Origin: Minisyncoccota bacterium
GTDB lineage: Archaea; Nanobdellota; Nanobdellia; Pacearchaeales; GW2011-AR1
Direction of reading: 5' to 3'
NCBI GenBank assembly: GCA_035453125.1
Contig: DAOTCN010000002.1
Span: 138,715-202,714, forward strand
Length of the DNA: 64,000 nt
Shown: positions 44,456 through 54,556 of the stretch, one piece after another
How positions within the stretch are numbered: the stretch's first letter is position 1
Layout: each line of letters starts with the position of its first letter
The notes under the pieces: model-generated
The model's input: the letters and a program-made list of their open reading frames with translations, nothing else
Database searches by the model: none
What the model was told of the DNA's origin: nothing
Program-made: the position numbers and the translations under genes

Positions 44456-47167
44456 TTGAGTTGTACTCAAAAGGGGAAAAAGGTGAAATTAAAAAATTTT
44501 GTATTGCTCTTTGCATTTGTTTTTATGAGCATTTTTTATGCTTATTCTGTTTTTGGTTTTTATCTTAATGGAACTGTTTATGATAATCTTGGAAATCCAT
44601 TAAATGCAAGTAATGTTTCAGTTACAATTCAAAATATGAGTACTAGAACAACTATAAGCATTAATTCAACTCTTACAAATGAATCTGGAAGTTTCAATTT
44701 GTCTTTAACAGGTGATGCAACTTATGGATATCAATTAAAAATAGTTCATATAAACTCTACTTGGAATAATGTTGATTTTGTTGGTCAGTCTCTTCCTTCT
44801 TTTCCATATTCTGAATTTAATTCACTTTCAGCTTCATTAATCAATCTTTATTTAAAACAAGCAGGAACAATTAATATTACTGTATTAAATAAAAGTGAGG
44901 CAAAGACTTCAAATTATTCTGTTCAGATTAAAGATACAAAATTGGGATATCCTATTAGTTGTGAAGGAGCATCAGGAGATCAATATTTTTGTTATGTTCC
45001 AAAAGATAGAAATTATTCATTAATGATTTATCCTCAACCGGGATCAAATGAACATTTTGTTCCAGTCTCTTTTAATTGGAATAATTTTACTTCAAATACT
45101 AGTTATGATATTGTTGACGGGAATAGTGCAACACTTTCTAGTTATAATCATACTACTCTTATTTTGCATAAACAATTTAATGTAACTGAAGGTTTTTCAA
45201 GAATAGTGGGATATGTTAATGATTCTAGATATAACATGACTTGGGGTAATATAACTATAGTCCCTATTTTACTTGAACCTGGAAATATGATTTTTATGAC
45301 TTATAGTACTCTTCCTTGGAATGCTAGTGCTTGGAGAGAAGGAGGAGATCAATCTGATGTTTATGATGCAGCTGCAGGTTCATATAATATTACTGTTCCA
45401 TATTCTTCAGCTGAAACAGTTAATTATTTATTATTAGCTATTGCTGCAAATAATTCACAAATTTATGGAGGTTATAGAAATATAACTCTTAGCTCTACTG
45501 TTCGATCTGTTAATTTTACTATGTATGGTTTGTTGGGTAACGGAGCTACTATAAATATGACAAATGCTTCTGGACAAGGAAGTTTTATAGTAAATGCAAA
45601 AAAACAAAGTTTTAATTTAGTAAATAGTTCAAATGAATCAATAACTTCTTTATCGGCACATATAGAAACAATTGTTGATTATTCAAATTATAATTGCACT
45701 GAATTTACTTTTATGGAAGATTTAAATGGTCAAGGAGTAGCAACTTTTTATATTCCTTTATTAAATATAACTGGTTTTAAGGAAATGAACATTTATTCTC
45801 AAACTTATGCTCCGAAAATAGTTACTTCAAGAACTGTTTCTCAAATTATTTCGAATTCGAATATTACTATGAAAACATTTACCCCTAAAGGAACTTCTGG
45901 AAGTTTTACTGCAAGTTCTTTAAATATTACAGCTTATAGATCAAATTCAAGTTGTAACGTTCCAAATCCACCAAGTAGCTGTATTCTTAGAAATTTTCTT
46001 TTTAGTGAAGCTCAACAAAATATGTTTCCAATTGTTGTTGGTGGTGGTGCAATTAGTTTAAGAATGTCTTACGGATCAACTAGTGTACATTACTCTAATG
46101 TTGATTTACTTGCTTCTGGCCCACCTGATGCTGAGTTTGATTCAACAGCAACAACATCTACTTCAAGCGGTTTTAGTTCTACAATGAAGTTTGGTTCACA
46201 AGGTCCTAAAATATATGATTTTATTATTACATCAATTCCATATACAGCTGGTTCCTCTTCAGCTACAGGATTAAATGAATCTGCACCAGTTAATATTACT
46301 ATTCCAGTGTTTTATGATGAAGGATGGACAACACCAATATGGAATGCTACAAATGGTACAAATGCTTCTGCACTAGCAGCTAATTTTTCTCATTATTCTG
46401 GACGAACCTCTGAATGGCAAACTCTTATGGGACTTGTAAATTGTACAACTAATGTTTCAGAATTTAACTCAACAGATCCTTGTTATTTAGATGTTTCAAA
46501 CGATAAAATTTGGTTAAGATTACCTCATTTTTCAGGAACAGAACCTTCAGTGTCTGGAGGAGTTATTACTGCAACATCTACTTCAACAACTACAACTACA
46601 ACAACCGGTGGTGGAAGTGGAGCACCTACAAGTGAATGGATTGTGCCTTTTTATGTAAGTGAATCAAATTTTAAATCTGGATATACTCAAAATTTAGGTT
46701 TAAAATATGCTTTTAATTTTAAAGTAGGAAATGAAACTCATTATGTTGGAGTTATTAATATTTCTGTTGATAGTGTTAAAATTAAAGTTACTTCTACACC
46801 TCAAGAAGCAGTAATGAAAGTAGGAGAAGTTAAAAGCTTTGATGTTAATTCTGATGGAGTATATGATGTTAAAGTTAGTATAAATAGTATAGAAAATAAT
46901 AAAGCAAGAGTTAATATTATATTTACTAATGAGTCTGTTCCAGTAGTGGCTGCACAAGTAAATACTGATGTAACAGGTCAAGTAACAAATGAAGAGGTTG
47001 AAAAAACAGATGATTCTGTAGAAATAAAAGAAGGAATAAATAAAGGAATTATTTTATGGATATCAATAATTGTTTTAATAGTTGTTCTTGGCTTAATTGT
47101 TGTTTTATTAATAAAAAGCAAAAATAACAAGAGACATTCTTGGGAGAGGATGTTTAAAACAAGATAA
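44456..47167 (+). CDS. large N-glycosylation-sequon-rich surface protein (S-layer/adhesin candidate) with C-terminal TM anchor
   Basis: Signal-like KLKNFVLLFAFVFMSIFYAYS, with a possible GTG start at 44483 after AAGGGG. Dozens of N-x-S/T sequons, a Thr-rich linker TSTSTTTTTTTGGGSG, and a C-terminal TM helix plus basic tail. Confidence 0.6.
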   Translation: MSCTQKGKKVKLKNFVLLFAFVFMSIFYAYSVFGFYLNGTVYDNLGNPLNASNVSVTIQNMSTRTTISINSTLTNESGSFNLSLTGDATYGYQLKIVHINSTWNNVDFVGQSLPSFPYSEFNSLSASLINLYLKQAGTINITVLNKSEAKTSNYSVQIKDTKLGYPISCEGASGDQYFCYVPKDRNYSLMIYPQPGSNEHFVPVSFNWNNFTSNTSYDIVDGNSATLSSYNHTTLILHKQFNVTEGFSRIVGYVNDSRYNMTWGNITIVPILLEPGNMIFMTYSTLPWNASAWREGGDQSDVYDAAAGSYNITVPYSSAETVNYLLLAIAANNSQIYGGYRNITLSSTVRSVNFTMYGLLGNGATINMTNASGQGSFIVNAKKQSFNLVNSSNESITSLSAHIETIVDYSNYNCTEFTFMEDLNGQGVATFYIPLLNITGFKEMNIYSQTYAPKIVTSRTVSQIISNSNITMKTFTPKGTSGSFTASSLNITAYRSNSSCNVPNPPSSCILRNFLFSEAQQNMFPIVVGGGAISLRMSYGSTSVHYSNVDLLASGPPDAEFDSTATTSTSSGFSSTMKFGSQGPKIYDFIITSIPYTAGSSSATGLNESAPVNITIPVFYDEGWTTPIWNATNGTNASALAANFSHYSGRTSEWQTLMGLVNCTTNVSEFNSTDPCYLDVSNDKIWLRLPHFSGTEPSVSGGVITATSTSTTTTTTTGGGSGAPTSEWIVPFYVSESNFKSGYTQNLGLKYAFNFKVGNETHYVGVINISVDSVKIKVTSTPQEAVMKVGEVKSFDVNSDGVYDVKVSINSIENNKARVNIIFTNESVPVVAAQVNTDVTGQVTNEEVEKTDDSVEIKEGINKGIILWISIIVLIVVLGLIVVLLIKSKNNKRHSWERMFKTR

Positions 47168-47174
47168 TTTTTAA

Positions 47175-47510
47175 TTATTCTCTTACTAATATTATTTTAT
47201 CTGCATAAATCTGAAAGTTATTTTGGTATTTATTTACTTTACCAATAACTTCTATTGTTTTATTCATATTATCTTTGGAGATATTACATTTACAACTTGC
47301 TTCGATTTTAGCTGAATTGTCTTTTATAGAAATTATTTGGTATTCCTTAGCTTGTTTAATTTGAAAAATTTTACCTGTAATTTTAACCTGTTTGTTTAAG
47401 TTTTTATCAGATATTTCAGAGATATGTGTTTGTTTTGGTTCAGATATTGAATTTATAATTAAAATGACAAAAATACCTATTAAAGATAAGATTAGAAATG
47501 TATTTTTCAT
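47175..47510 (-). CDS. membrane-anchored OB-fold protein
   Basis: N-terminal TM helix, then VKITGKIFQIKQAKEYQIISIKDNSAKIEA...IEVIGKV, an OB-fold (tRNA-anticodon-type) pattern. Confidence 0.45.
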   Translation of the reverse strand: MKNTFLILSLIGIFVILIINSISEPKQTHISEISDKNLNKQVKITGKIFQIKQAKEYQIISIKDNSAKIEASCKCNISKDNMNKTIEVIGKVNKYQNNFQIYADKIILVRE

Positions 47511-47556
47511 AAGATACTACAGTAAGATTTAATAATAAACTTTCTGTTATCTTATT

Positions 47557-48633
47557 ATGGATATTGAAAAAAAGCTTGAAATTATTAATAGTTTTGCAGA
47601 AGAAATAATCTCTAAAGAAGAGCTTAAGGAGTTGTTTAAATCAAAGAAAAAAATTATTGCTTATGATGGTTTTGAGCCATCAGGCCAAATTCATATTGCA
47701 CAAGGACTCTTAAGAGCTATAACTGTAAATAAACTCACTTCTTTAGGTATTCACTTTAAATTTTGGGTTGCTGATTGGTTTGCTATGCTTAATAACAAGT
47801 ATAATGGTGATTTAGACAAGATTAAAGTTGTTGGAGAATATTTCATTGAGGTTTGGAAAGCTTGTGGAATGGATTTAGCTAATGTTGAATTTATCTGGGC
47901 TTCTGATTTTATTAAAACACATCCAGATTATTGGGAAACTGTATTAAAATTATCTACTCAGGCAAGTGTACAGAGAGTTTTACGTTGTGGACAGATTATG
48001 GGAAGAGAAGAATCAACAAGTAACCCTTCTGCTCAGATTATTTATCCATTAATGCAAGCTGCAGATATACATCATTTGAGCGTGGATATTGCTCAACTTG
48101 GGATGGATCAAAGAAAAGTAAACATGTTAGCTAGAGAATTATTTCCTAAATTAGGATATAAACCACCTATTGCTGTCCATCATCACATGTTACTCGGACT
48201 TCAATTTAAAGAAAGTGATCTTGAAGGAGTAGATAAAAAAATTGCAATGAAAATGTCAAAATCGAAACCAGAAACAGCTATTTTTATGACAGACTCTAGA
48301 GAAGATATTTTTAGAAAGTTTAAAAATGCTTATTGTCCTGAAGGTCAGGAAAATGAAAATCCTGTTTTAGAATATGCAAAATATATTGTTTTTGAAAAAT
48401 TTGATAAAATAATTATTGAAAGACCTGAAAAATTTGGAGGAAATATTACTGTAAAAAGTTATGATGAGTTGAAAGATTTATTTATTGAAAAAAAAATACA
48501 TCCTCTTGATTTGAAAAATACTATTGCTAGTTATATTGATAAATTAATTGATCCTGTAAGAAAGCATTTTGAAACTAATAAAAAAGCAAAAGCTCTTCAG
48601 GAAAAAGTTAAGAGTTTTAGTGTATCTAGATAG
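47557..48633 (+). CDS. tyrS: tyrosyl-tRNA synthetase (archaeal type)
   Basis: Class I motifs: AYDGFEPSGQIHIAQG (HIGH region variant) and KMSKSKP. 358 aa. Confidence 0.8.
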   Translation: MDIEKKLEIINSFAEEIISKEELKELFKSKKKIIAYDGFEPSGQIHIAQGLLRAITVNKLTSLGIHFKFWVADWFAMLNNKYNGDLDKIKVVGEYFIEVWKACGMDLANVEFIWASDFIKTHPDYWETVLKLSTQASVQRVLRCGQIMGREESTSNPSAQIIYPLMQAADIHHLSVDIAQLGMDQRKVNMLARELFPKLGYKPPIAVHHHMLLGLQFKESDLEGVDKKIAMKMSKSKPETAIFMTDSREDIFRKFKNAYCPEGQENENPVLEYAKYIVFEKFDKIIIERPEKFGGNITVKSYDELKDLFIEKKIHPLDLKNTIASYIDKLIDPVRKHFETNKKAKALQEKVKSFSVSR

Positions 48634-48637
48634 GTAG

Positions 48638-49558
48638 TCATCTGGTTTTAAATTCAATTATATCTTTGTCTTTTATTACATGTAATAAACCTACTTTTTG
48701 ATTAGGAAATTTGCTCGAAGGACCCCAAATATGTACTTCTTTAATTGATTTTGCAAGTTCTTTACTTATTTTATTTGCAACATCTAGAACAGTTGAATTT
48801 GGTTTTAAAATCATAGGTATTTTTGAAGGTTCTTTATAAGGTTCTTTTAAATATATTCTACAAATATTAAAACTGTTAAATATTTTATTTTTTAGTTCTT
48901 CAATACATTCATTATTTTTTGTTGATATTATAACAAAATTATATTTTTTTGAGGATAAATTTGCATTTATCTTTCTTTTTTGTTGTTCATCTAGTAAATC
49001 TGATTTGTTAAAAACAACTATTTTTTTTGCATTTGTTTTTTCAATTAGGGGTTCAATTTTTTTTAAATCTTCAAGATTAGTTATTGTTTCTAAAATAACA
49101 TCGGTTGTATGTATCAAACCATAATCAAAATATTCACTTTCTATTGCAGGTTCATCAATTATCTGAATTTTTACATTTTCATAATTCATAGTACCTATTT
49201 CAGGATATCTTGTAGTAAATCTTTGAGAATTATTTTGACTAATTGTTGGTTGAGCATTTGTTATTCTACTTAATAACGAGGATTTGCCAGAATTTGTAAG
49301 TCCAATAATGATTACTTGCATATCTGCTTTTTTTATTCCTTCTTTACTTCCAGTTTTCTTTTTTTTTATATTCTCTATTTTTTCTCTTAGTTTAATGCTT
49401 CTTGTTTTAAGGTTTGCAAGCATTGCCTCAGAAGATTTATGTTTGGGACATTCTCTTATCATTTCTTCTAACCAATGTAAACGTTCTTCGTCCGTTTGTG
49501 CAGATAAAAAATTAGCTTCTGCTTTTTTATAGAAAGGTGATTGGTTTGTTGATGCCAT
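48638..49558 (-). CDS. DRG/OBG-family GTPase with C-terminal TGS domain
   Basis: G1 GLTNSGKSSLL, G4 NKSD, N-terminal helical PKHKSSEAMLANLKTRSIKLREK, and a TGS-like tail VGLLHVIKDKDIIEF. Confidence 0.7.
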   Translation of the reverse strand: MASTNQSPFYKKAEANFLSAQTDEERLHWLEEMIRECPKHKSSEAMLANLKTRSIKLREKIENIKKKKTGSKEGIKKADMQVIIIGLTNSGKSSLLSRITNAQPTISQNNSQRFTTRYPEIGTMNYENVKIQIIDEPAIESEYFDYGLIHTTDVILETITNLEDLKKIEPLIEKTNAKKIVVFNKSDLLDEQQKRKINANLSSKKYNFVIISTKNNECIEELKNKIFNSFNICRIYLKEPYKEPSKIPMILKPNSTVLDVANKISKELAKSIKEVHIWGPSSKFPNQKVGLLHVIKDKDIIEFKTR

Positions 49559-49659
49559 AATAATATCTAAGAATAATCTAATTAAAAATATTATGTAAGA
49601 TGATTTTTAATCATTTTTTAATATAAATTAAAAATAAAAAAATAAAGTTAGTTGTTTAT

Positions 49660-50100
49660 TTATTCTGTTAAAACAGTATGTGCACCTTCAATTAGAGCTT
49701 GTCCACCAGTAGCATAACCTGTTGTTTGCCACACATGAACTGGGTTTGCATTCATCCATTCAGCAATTCCTGCGCCTAAACCTGCAGCAGTAGCTATATT
49801 TGTTATTGCATTAAGTGCAGGTCTTTCTTTAATATAAGTGCTAATTTCTCCTCTTTCTGCAGGATGTCTATCTGTTTTTTTATCTGCTAGAGTATATCCT
49901 AGCTGTTCAACAGTATCTAATACTCCATCCTTTACACCTTGAATAGGATTAAGTTCTGTAACTGTACTTTCAAGAACTTTATATGGTATTAACATACCAT
50001 TAACAACTGTTCTTGCACCATTATCTAATGTTGTAGCACAACCAGAAACAAACATAGCACTAAGACCTAAACCCAATGCATATTCTCTTAGTGTATTCAT
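49660..50100 (-). CDS. lipobox-containing small protein (putative lipoprotein), compositionally atypical
   Basis: MNTLREYALGLGLSAMFVSG|C lipobox. ATG at 50100 is preceded by AAAGGAGGTGA. Clearly more G+C than its neighbours. Confidence 0.55.
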   Translation of the reverse strand: MNTLREYALGLGLSAMFVSGCATTLDNGARTVVNGMLIPYKVLESTVTELNPIQGVKDGVLDTVEQLGYTLADKKTDRHPAERGEISTYIKERPALNAITNIATAAGLGAGIAEWMNANPVHVWQTTGYATGGQALIEGAHTVLTE

Positions 50101-50206
50101 TCTTTTCACCTCCTTTCACTATTTTTATTATGTATTCGGAAAGTATTGTTTCTTTTTAAGCTTGTAGCATTAGAAAAGGGTAGTAATAAAATTGAAATTT
50201 GTCTTT

Positions 50207-50911
50207 TTATTTAGGCCTGCCGGTTTTAGTTATAATTTTTAAACTGTTCATTGTAAATCCTTTAATGTCCGTTTCCAGGGGTTTTTCTGTTTTTTCAATT
50301 TCTTTCTTTTTTATTATTTCAGCAAGTGGTAAAGAGATTTTATAATTTTCAAATACTTTGCTAAAAATTTTGTCTATTTGTACTATATCTTGATTATAAA
50401 TACTTGTTTTTTTAGTTATAAAATAGTATCCCAGTAAGTAATATACTTCCTCTAGGTTCTTTATTAATTCATTATTTTTTTCAGATTGTGAAAAATTAAT
50501 TTTAATTTCTGACGATTCTTTTTTTTGATGATCTCTATTATCTTTAAATCCAAATGTAGCTGAATCAATATTTCCTATTCCTGTTTTTAAATCATCTTGT
50601 AATGAAGTATAATAATTTATACTACTTAAGAAACCTCTTGAACTTTTTCTAGTAAGTTGAAAATAAATCACCTCTGGTTTTTTGTCTATTGAAGCAGTAA
50701 TTGTTTCTTTACCTGATTTTCCTATAAAATAATAATCAATCTTTTCTTTTTCAGATAATATTTTTAAAATATCTTTTTTTGAATTAAGACAATCTGTTTT
50801 TGGGTTAATTTCTGAAGCAAGAATTATTTTAGATAATCCTGAAATTGTTGTTAATCCAATAAGTCCTTTTTCAAGTAATTCTCTTCTTGAGATAATATTG
50901 CAGTAATTCAT
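50207..50911 (-). CDS. hypothetical exported protein with a twin-arginine-like signal
   Basis: N-terminus NIISRRELLEKGLIGLTTISGLSKIILA resembles an S-R-R-x-L-L Tat motif plus h-region. Confidence 0.4.
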   Translation of the reverse strand: MNYCNIISRRELLEKGLIGLTTISGLSKIILASEINPKTDCLNSKKDILKILSEKEKIDYYFIGKSGKETITASIDKKPEVIYFQLTRKSSRGFLSSINYYTSLQDDLKTGIGNIDSATFGFKDNRDHQKKESSEIKINFSQSEKNNELIKNLEEVYYLLGYYFITKKTSIYNQDIVQIDKIFSKVFENYKISLPLAEIIKKKEIEKTEKPLETDIKGFTMNSLKIITKTGRPK

Positions 50912-51024
50912 TTGTTTTTTAAAATAAATTCATTTAAAACTATTATTATTCTTCTAAACATATTTTATTATTATCTTTTTCATTGAATCTTAAGATTTAT
51001 ATGGTCTAATTTTTTAGTTAATAT

Positions 51025-51813
51025 ATGGAAAATTTAGAATTAATAAATAAAATTATGGAAAAAAAGGAATTTTCAAGATTAAGAAAGATTGATGTACTAA
51101 AAGCTTTTTCTTTCGTGGAAAATAGAAATTTTGCTGATGAAAAAAAAATTAAATTAACAAGAGATTTATTAAGACAAGTTTTTTCCGCATTTATTAATAC
51201 TCGAATATTTTCATTTAAAGAAAGAAGTTATGAAGATGTTTTAAAAAAACATAAGTCAACAAATGAGAGATTTAATAGTTATGGCGAGGTTTATTTGAGA
51301 ATTTTAAAAAATTTTAATAAAATTGATAAATTATCTATAATTGATCTTGGTGCAGGAGTTAATGGATTTAGTTTTAAATTCTTTGAAAGCTTAAACTATA
51401 AGGTTAACTATTCTGCTGTTGAGTCTGTAGGTCAATTTGTTGACTTAATGAATAATTACTTCAAAAAAGAGAAACTAGAAGCACAAGCATTTCATTATAG
51501 CCTTTTTGAGATAAATGAAATATTATCTATTATTAAGAAAATAAAAAGTCCTCGAGTGATTCTTTTAATGAAAACAATAGATTCTTTAGAAATGTTAGAA
51601 AGAGATTATTCTAAGAAATTAATCTCAGAAATTTTAAATATTTGCGATTCAAAAGACATTTTTGTTGTAAGTTTTGCAACTGAAAGTTTAATTAAAAAAA
51701 TAAAGTTTAAAGCAAAGAGATATTGGATCTATAACTTTATTAAAGAAAATTATAATCTTATTGATGATTTTGAGATTTCGGGAGAAAGGTATTTGATTTT
51801 TACTAAGCAATAA
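51025..51813 (+). CDS. FmrO/ArmA/Rmt-family 16S rRNA (guanine-N7) methyltransferase homologue
   Basis: VLKKHKSTNERF (compare ArmA LLKIHSSTNERV), SAM motif IIDLGAGVNGF (compare ILDFGCGFNP), ILLMKTIDSLE, and VVSFATESL (compare VISFPIKSL). 262 aa, similar in size to ArmA/RmtB. Confidence 0.65.
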   Translation: MENLELINKIMEKKEFSRLRKIDVLKAFSFVENRNFADEKKIKLTRDLLRQVFSAFINTRIFSFKERSYEDVLKKHKSTNERFNSYGEVYLRILKNFNKIDKLSIIDLGAGVNGFSFKFFESLNYKVNYSAVESVGQFVDLMNNYFKKEKLEAQAFHYSLFEINEILSIIKKIKSPRVILLMKTIDSLEMLERDYSKKLISEILNICDSKDIFVVSFATESLIKKIKFKAKRYWIYNFIKENYNLIDDFEISGERYLIFTKQ

Positions 51814-51855
51814 TTTAAATAGCAAAATAAATTTATAAGATAATAAACTTATAAA

Positions 51856-53046
51856 ATGATACAAAGAAAAATTCTTAAAAATGGGATGACTGTAATTTTT
51901 AAACAAAGAAAAAATAAGGTTATAAGTGTTGCTTTTGCTGTAAGATTTGGTGCTGCAAATGAAAAGGCAGAACATAAAGGTATTGCTCATTTTATTGAAC
52001 ATATGCTTTATAAAGGAACACCAACAAGAGATAGTAAGCAAATTTCAACGCAGATTGAAAAAAATGGTGGTGAACTTAATGGATTTACAAGTGAACAGAT
52101 TACTGCATTTTGGTGCAAGATGCCAAGTAAACATTTAGATGTTGCTTTAGAGGTTTTAAGTGATATGGTTAAAAATCCTTTATTTGATGAAGAAGAGTTG
52201 AATAAAGAAAGGCAGGTTATTTTTGAAGAAATGAAAATGTATCATGATAATCCTCAAAGATATGTTCTTGAAAGAATTAAATCTATGTTATATACTGGTG
52301 ATTTTTCAATACCTATTATTGGTACAATTGATTCAATGAATAGTAATTCTCAAGAAAGATTAAAAGAATTTTTTAAACGAGTTTATGTTCCTGAAAATAT
52401 GATTTTATGTGTTGTAGGAGATACTAATTTTGATAAACTATGTAAATTTGCTGAAAAAAATTTTGAATCTGCAAAAAAATCTTTTTCAAAACCCGAAGTT
52501 TCTTTAATAACAAATTCAATTATTGAAAAAAGAAAAGAAATTGATCAAGCAAATCTTGTTTTTGCATATCATATACCTAAACCGAATGAAAAAATGCATT
52601 ATGCAGCTCTTGTGTTAAATACATTACTTGCAGGAGGTATGTCTTCAAGGTTGTTTTCAGAAATAAGAGAAAAGAGAAATTTAGCTTATGCTGTAAAATG
52701 TATGACTGAAGCTGAAAAAGATTATGCTTATAACTGTATTTATATTGGAACAAGAAAAGAACATATAGATAAAGTAAAAGAAATAATTCTTATGGAATTT
52801 GAAAAAGTAAGCAAAAAATTAAGTGAAAAAGAGCTGAATGAGGTAAAAGAACAAATTATTGGCAATTATTTAATATCTCAAGAAGATTCTCATTTTTTAC
52901 TTTTAAACTATCTTATTGCAGAAATTACGGGGAATGCTAATGATGCAGATAAGTTTGTAGAGAACATAAAGAATGTTAAAATATCTGATGTTCGAAATTT
53001 GGCTAGAATTAAGAATTATGGTTTTTTTGCATTAGTTCCAGAATAA
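51856..53046 (+). CDS. M16-family zinc peptidase (insulinase/pitrilysin-like)
   Basis: Inverted zinc motif HFIEHMLYKGT (HxxEH) with a downstream E. 396 aa. Confidence 0.8.
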   Translation: MIQRKILKNGMTVIFKQRKNKVISVAFAVRFGAANEKAEHKGIAHFIEHMLYKGTPTRDSKQISTQIEKNGGELNGFTSEQITAFWCKMPSKHLDVALEVLSDMVKNPLFDEEELNKERQVIFEEMKMYHDNPQRYVLERIKSMLYTGDFSIPIIGTIDSMNSNSQERLKEFFKRVYVPENMILCVVGDTNFDKLCKFAEKNFESAKKSFSKPEVSLITNSIIEKRKEIDQANLVFAYHIPKPNEKMHYAALVLNTLLAGGMSSRLFSEIREKRNLAYAVKCMTEAEKDYAYNCIYIGTRKEHIDKVKEIILMEFEKVSKKLSEKELNEVKEQIIGNYLISQEDSHFLLLNYLIAEITGNANDADKFVENIKNVKISDVRNLARIKNYGFFALVPE

Positions 53047-53112
53047 ATAAGAAATATTTTTATGTTATTTTTTATCTATAAATATAAAAATAAAAGATTT
53101 TTTAATTTTTTC

Positions 53113-53904
53113 ATGGTAGTTATAGCTAAATTACCCTTTGAAAATAGTTTTGATGAACTGGGTTGTATAAATGCTCCTGAAGAAATAATAAAAAATTTGC
53201 CTGAATTTTATACTAGTGAGAGCGGAAAAGAGATTATTAAAAAAAATTTAGAGATTATTGATATACACCAAGATAGTTATGAATTAATTCATAAACGTAT
53301 TTTAAATTTAATTTCAAAAGAAAATAAGTCTCTATTTTTGGGGGGAGACCATTCTATAAGCTATCATATTGGAAAAGCATTTTTTGATGTTTGTAATAAT
53401 GAAGGTAAAGAAGTTTGTTTAATTGTTTTTGATGCTCATGCCGACTGCAAAAAATGTGAAGTAAACCAAGACAATTGTCCAAATAACCTTCAATGGTTAA
53501 GATCACTTATTGAGAATGGTTTTCCTGCGGAAAAAGTAATATTAATTGGGCTTAGAAGTATGAGCAGTGAAGAAAATAAGTTTTTAGAAGAAAATAAAAT
53601 CTTGACATATTTAATGAAAAATATCCTTGATTTAAATGAAATCTGTGATATTGTTATGGAAATTGCAAATAAAAATGAAATTTATATTTCAATAGATATT
53701 GATGTTGTTGATAGTGTTTTTGTTCCAGGTACAGCAAGAGCTGAGACTACTGGTTTTACATCTAGACAACTTCTTTATTTTTTGCAGAGATTAAATTTAA
53801 TTAAAACTTTGAGAGTTATAGATATTTGTGAGATAAATCCTAAAAAAGATATCAATAATGTTACTTCTAAATTTGGAGCAAAAATTTTGGGAGAACTTAT
53901 TTGA
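53113..53904 (+). CDS. ureohydrolase-family enzyme (agmatinase/arginase-like)
   Basis: GGDHSISY, VFDAHADC and SIDIDVVD manganese-ligand motifs. Start taken at the internal Met (the track ORF begins at 53062). Confidence 0.75.
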   Translation: MVVIAKLPFENSFDELGCINAPEEIIKNLPEFYTSESGKEIIKKNLEIIDIHQDSYELIHKRILNLISKENKSLFLGGDHSISYHIGKAFFDVCNNEGKEVCLIVFDAHADCKKCEVNQDNCPNNLQWLRSLIENGFPAEKVILIGLRSMSSEENKFLEENKILTYLMKNILDLNEICDIVMEIANKNEIYISIDIDVVDSVFVPGTARAETTGFTSRQLLYFLQRLNLIKTLRVIDICEINPKKDINNVTSKFGAKILGELI

Positions 53905-53908
53905 TTAA

Positions 53909-54448
53909 ATGGTAAGAACATTTATTTCAGTTGAGATTCCTGAAAATATTAAAGAAGAAATAATTAATATTCAAAATAAACTTGTTGAATCTAAGTTATT
54001 TAGTGGAAAATTGACTGAAATTGAAAATTTACATTTAACTCTTAAATTTCTCGGAGAAATTGATAAAAATAATGTTGAAATTATTAAAGAAGAACTAAAA
54101 AACATAAAATTTGATACTTTTGAAGTTGAACTTGACAAAATTGGTGTTTTTGATAAAAATTTTATAAGGATTATTTGGATTTCTTTAAGGGGTAAAGGTT
54201 TATTTGAATTACAGAGAAAAATTGATGAAAGTTTAACTAAATTTTTTAAGAAAGAAGAGAGATTTATGGCCCATATTACAATTTCAAGACCTAAATTTGT
54301 CAATGATAAAAAAAAATTAATTGAATTTATTGAAAAAATGAATTTAAGTAAAATGAAATTTAAAGTTGATAAGTTCTTTTTTAAAAAATCAGAACTAACA
54401 AAAAAAGGGCCAAAATATAGCGACCTTATGATAATACTTAATAAATGA
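53909..54448 (+). CDS. thpR: RNA 2',3'-cyclic phosphodiesterase (ThpR/LigT, 2H family)
   Basis: Two HxT motifs: HLTLKFLG and HITISR. 179 aa. Confidence 0.8.
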   Translation: MVRTFISVEIPENIKEEIINIQNKLVESKLFSGKLTEIENLHLTLKFLGEIDKNNVEIIKEELKNIKFDTFEVELDKIGVFDKNFIRIIWISLRGKGLFELQRKIDESLTKFFKKEERFMAHITISRPKFVNDKKKLIEFIEKMNLSKMKFKVDKFFFKKSELTKKGPKYSDLMIILNK

Positions 54449-54556
54449 GGAATATAATTTAGAAAGAATTTTTTGATTTAAATATTTGTTGTTTTGTAAA
54501 ATATCTTTTTTTGTTTGTTATTTTTTTATAAATGATTGTTTTATTTAATTATTTTA

